A stretch of DNA of 32,000 nt from Alkalilimnicola ehrlichii MLHE-1 (GTDB lineage: Bacteria; Pseudomonadota; Gammaproteobacteria; Nitrococcales; Halorhodospiraceae), in assembly GCF_000014785.1 (NCBI RefSeq), contig NC_008340.1:2490001-2522000 (forward strand), given 5' to 3'. Both the position numbers and the translations under genes were made by a program. The notes under the pieces are model-generated. The model was not told the origin of the DNA, ran no database searches, and was given only the letters and a program-made list of their open reading frames with translations. This document shows, piece by piece, positions 31,297-32,000 of the stretch (position 1 is its first letter; each line of letters opens with the position of its first letter).

Positions 31297-32000
31297 TGTC
31301 CGCCCTCCCCGTCCTCCACCCGCAGCTCCGCGGAGCGGGCGTGGGCGGTCAACCCCTCGCCACGGGCCAGCACGCTGGCCACCCGGCCCAGCTTCACCGC
31401 CCCGGCCGGCGAGCAGTTGATCAGGCTGCTGCGCTTCTGGAAGTCATACACCCCCAGCGGCGAGGCAAAGCGGGCCGTGCGCGAGGTGGGTAGCACGTGG
31501 TTCGGCCCGGCGCAGTAATCGCCCAGGGCCTCCGCGGTGTAGCGGCCCAGGAAGATGGCGCCGGCGTGGCGGATGTAGCCGGCCAGCTTCTCCGGCTCGG
31601 CCACCGACAGCTCCAAGTGCTCCGGGGCGATGCGGTTGGCCACCTCGGCCGCCTCATGCAGGTCGCGCACGTTGATCAACGCACCGCGCTTTGCCAGCGC
31701 GGTGCGGATGATGTCCGAGCGCTCCATCTCCGGCAGACCGTTCTCCATGGCCGTCTGCACCTGGTCCAGGAACATCGGATCCGGAGAGACCAGGATGGCC
31801 TGGGCCTCCTCGTCGTGCTCGGCCTGGGAGAAGAGGTCCTGGGCGATCCACTCCGGATCGGTCTGGCCGTCGCAGATGACCAGGATCTCGGAGGGGCCGG
31901 CGATCATGTCGATGCCCACCACGCCGAAGACGCGGCGCTTGGCCTCGGCCACAAAGGCGTTGCCGGGGCCGACGATCTTATCCACGGCGGGGATGGTCTC
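31293..32000 (-). CDS. hisD: Histidinol dehydrogenase, C-terminal part (5' end beyond the window)
   Basis: [38 protein letters not shown]; [20 protein letters not shown]; [65 protein letters not shown]. The frame continues past 31985 to the window edge. Confidence 0.96.
   Translation of the reverse strand, partial: ETIPAVDKIVGPGNAFVAEAKRRVFGVVGIDMIAGPSEILVICDGQTDPEWIAQDLFSQAEHDEEAQAILVSPDPMFLDQVQTAMENGLPEMERSDIIRTALAKRGALINVRDLHEAAEVANRIAPEHLELSVAEPEKLAGYIRHAGAIFLGRYTAEALGDYCAGPNHVLPTSRTARFASPLGVYDFQKRSSLINCSPAGAVKLGRVASVLARGEGLTAHARSAELRVEDGEGGQ

Overview
This window is a dense, high-GC, essentially housekeeping chromosomal region from a gammaproteobacterium-like genome. The lineage (Pseudomonas / Ectothiorhodospiraceae-like) is inferred only from protein character and gene order. 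Read on the minus strand, a near-complete division and cell-wall (dcw) cluster runs mraZ-rsmH-ftsL-ftsI-murE-murF-mraY-murD-ftsW-murG-murC-murB-ddl-ftsQ-ftsA-ftsZ-lpxC. Its genes are mostly joined by 4-bp ATGA/GTGA-type overlaps. At its 3' end it converges on the 3' end of a plus-strand uvrA-family gene, across a 14-bp perfect-stem hairpin. Upstream of mraZ there is a consensus-like promoter with MraZ-box direct repeats, then rnpB (RNase P RNA, minus strand, ~19747-20109). Beyond rnpB come rsmI (-), lpoA/lppC, yraN and diaA/gmhA-like (+), sspB and sspA (-), the cytochrome bc1 genes petC-petB-petA (-), a Nif3/YbgI-family gene (-), a DegS/AlgW-type protease (+), hisC (-) and partial hisD (-). 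I looked for an undescribed system and found none. There is no mobile element, CRISPR array, tRNA, toxin-antitoxin or defence-like cassette that I can support. The very long plus-strand ORFs (up to 899 aa) are antisense artefacts of GC-rich coding sequence. The best second-look items are the mraZ control region, the ~200-bp AT-richer spacer between mraZ and rnpB, the UvrA-like subtype at the left edge, the apparent absence of yraP/dolP from an otherwise conserved block, and the separate spacers around ftsZ/lpxC.
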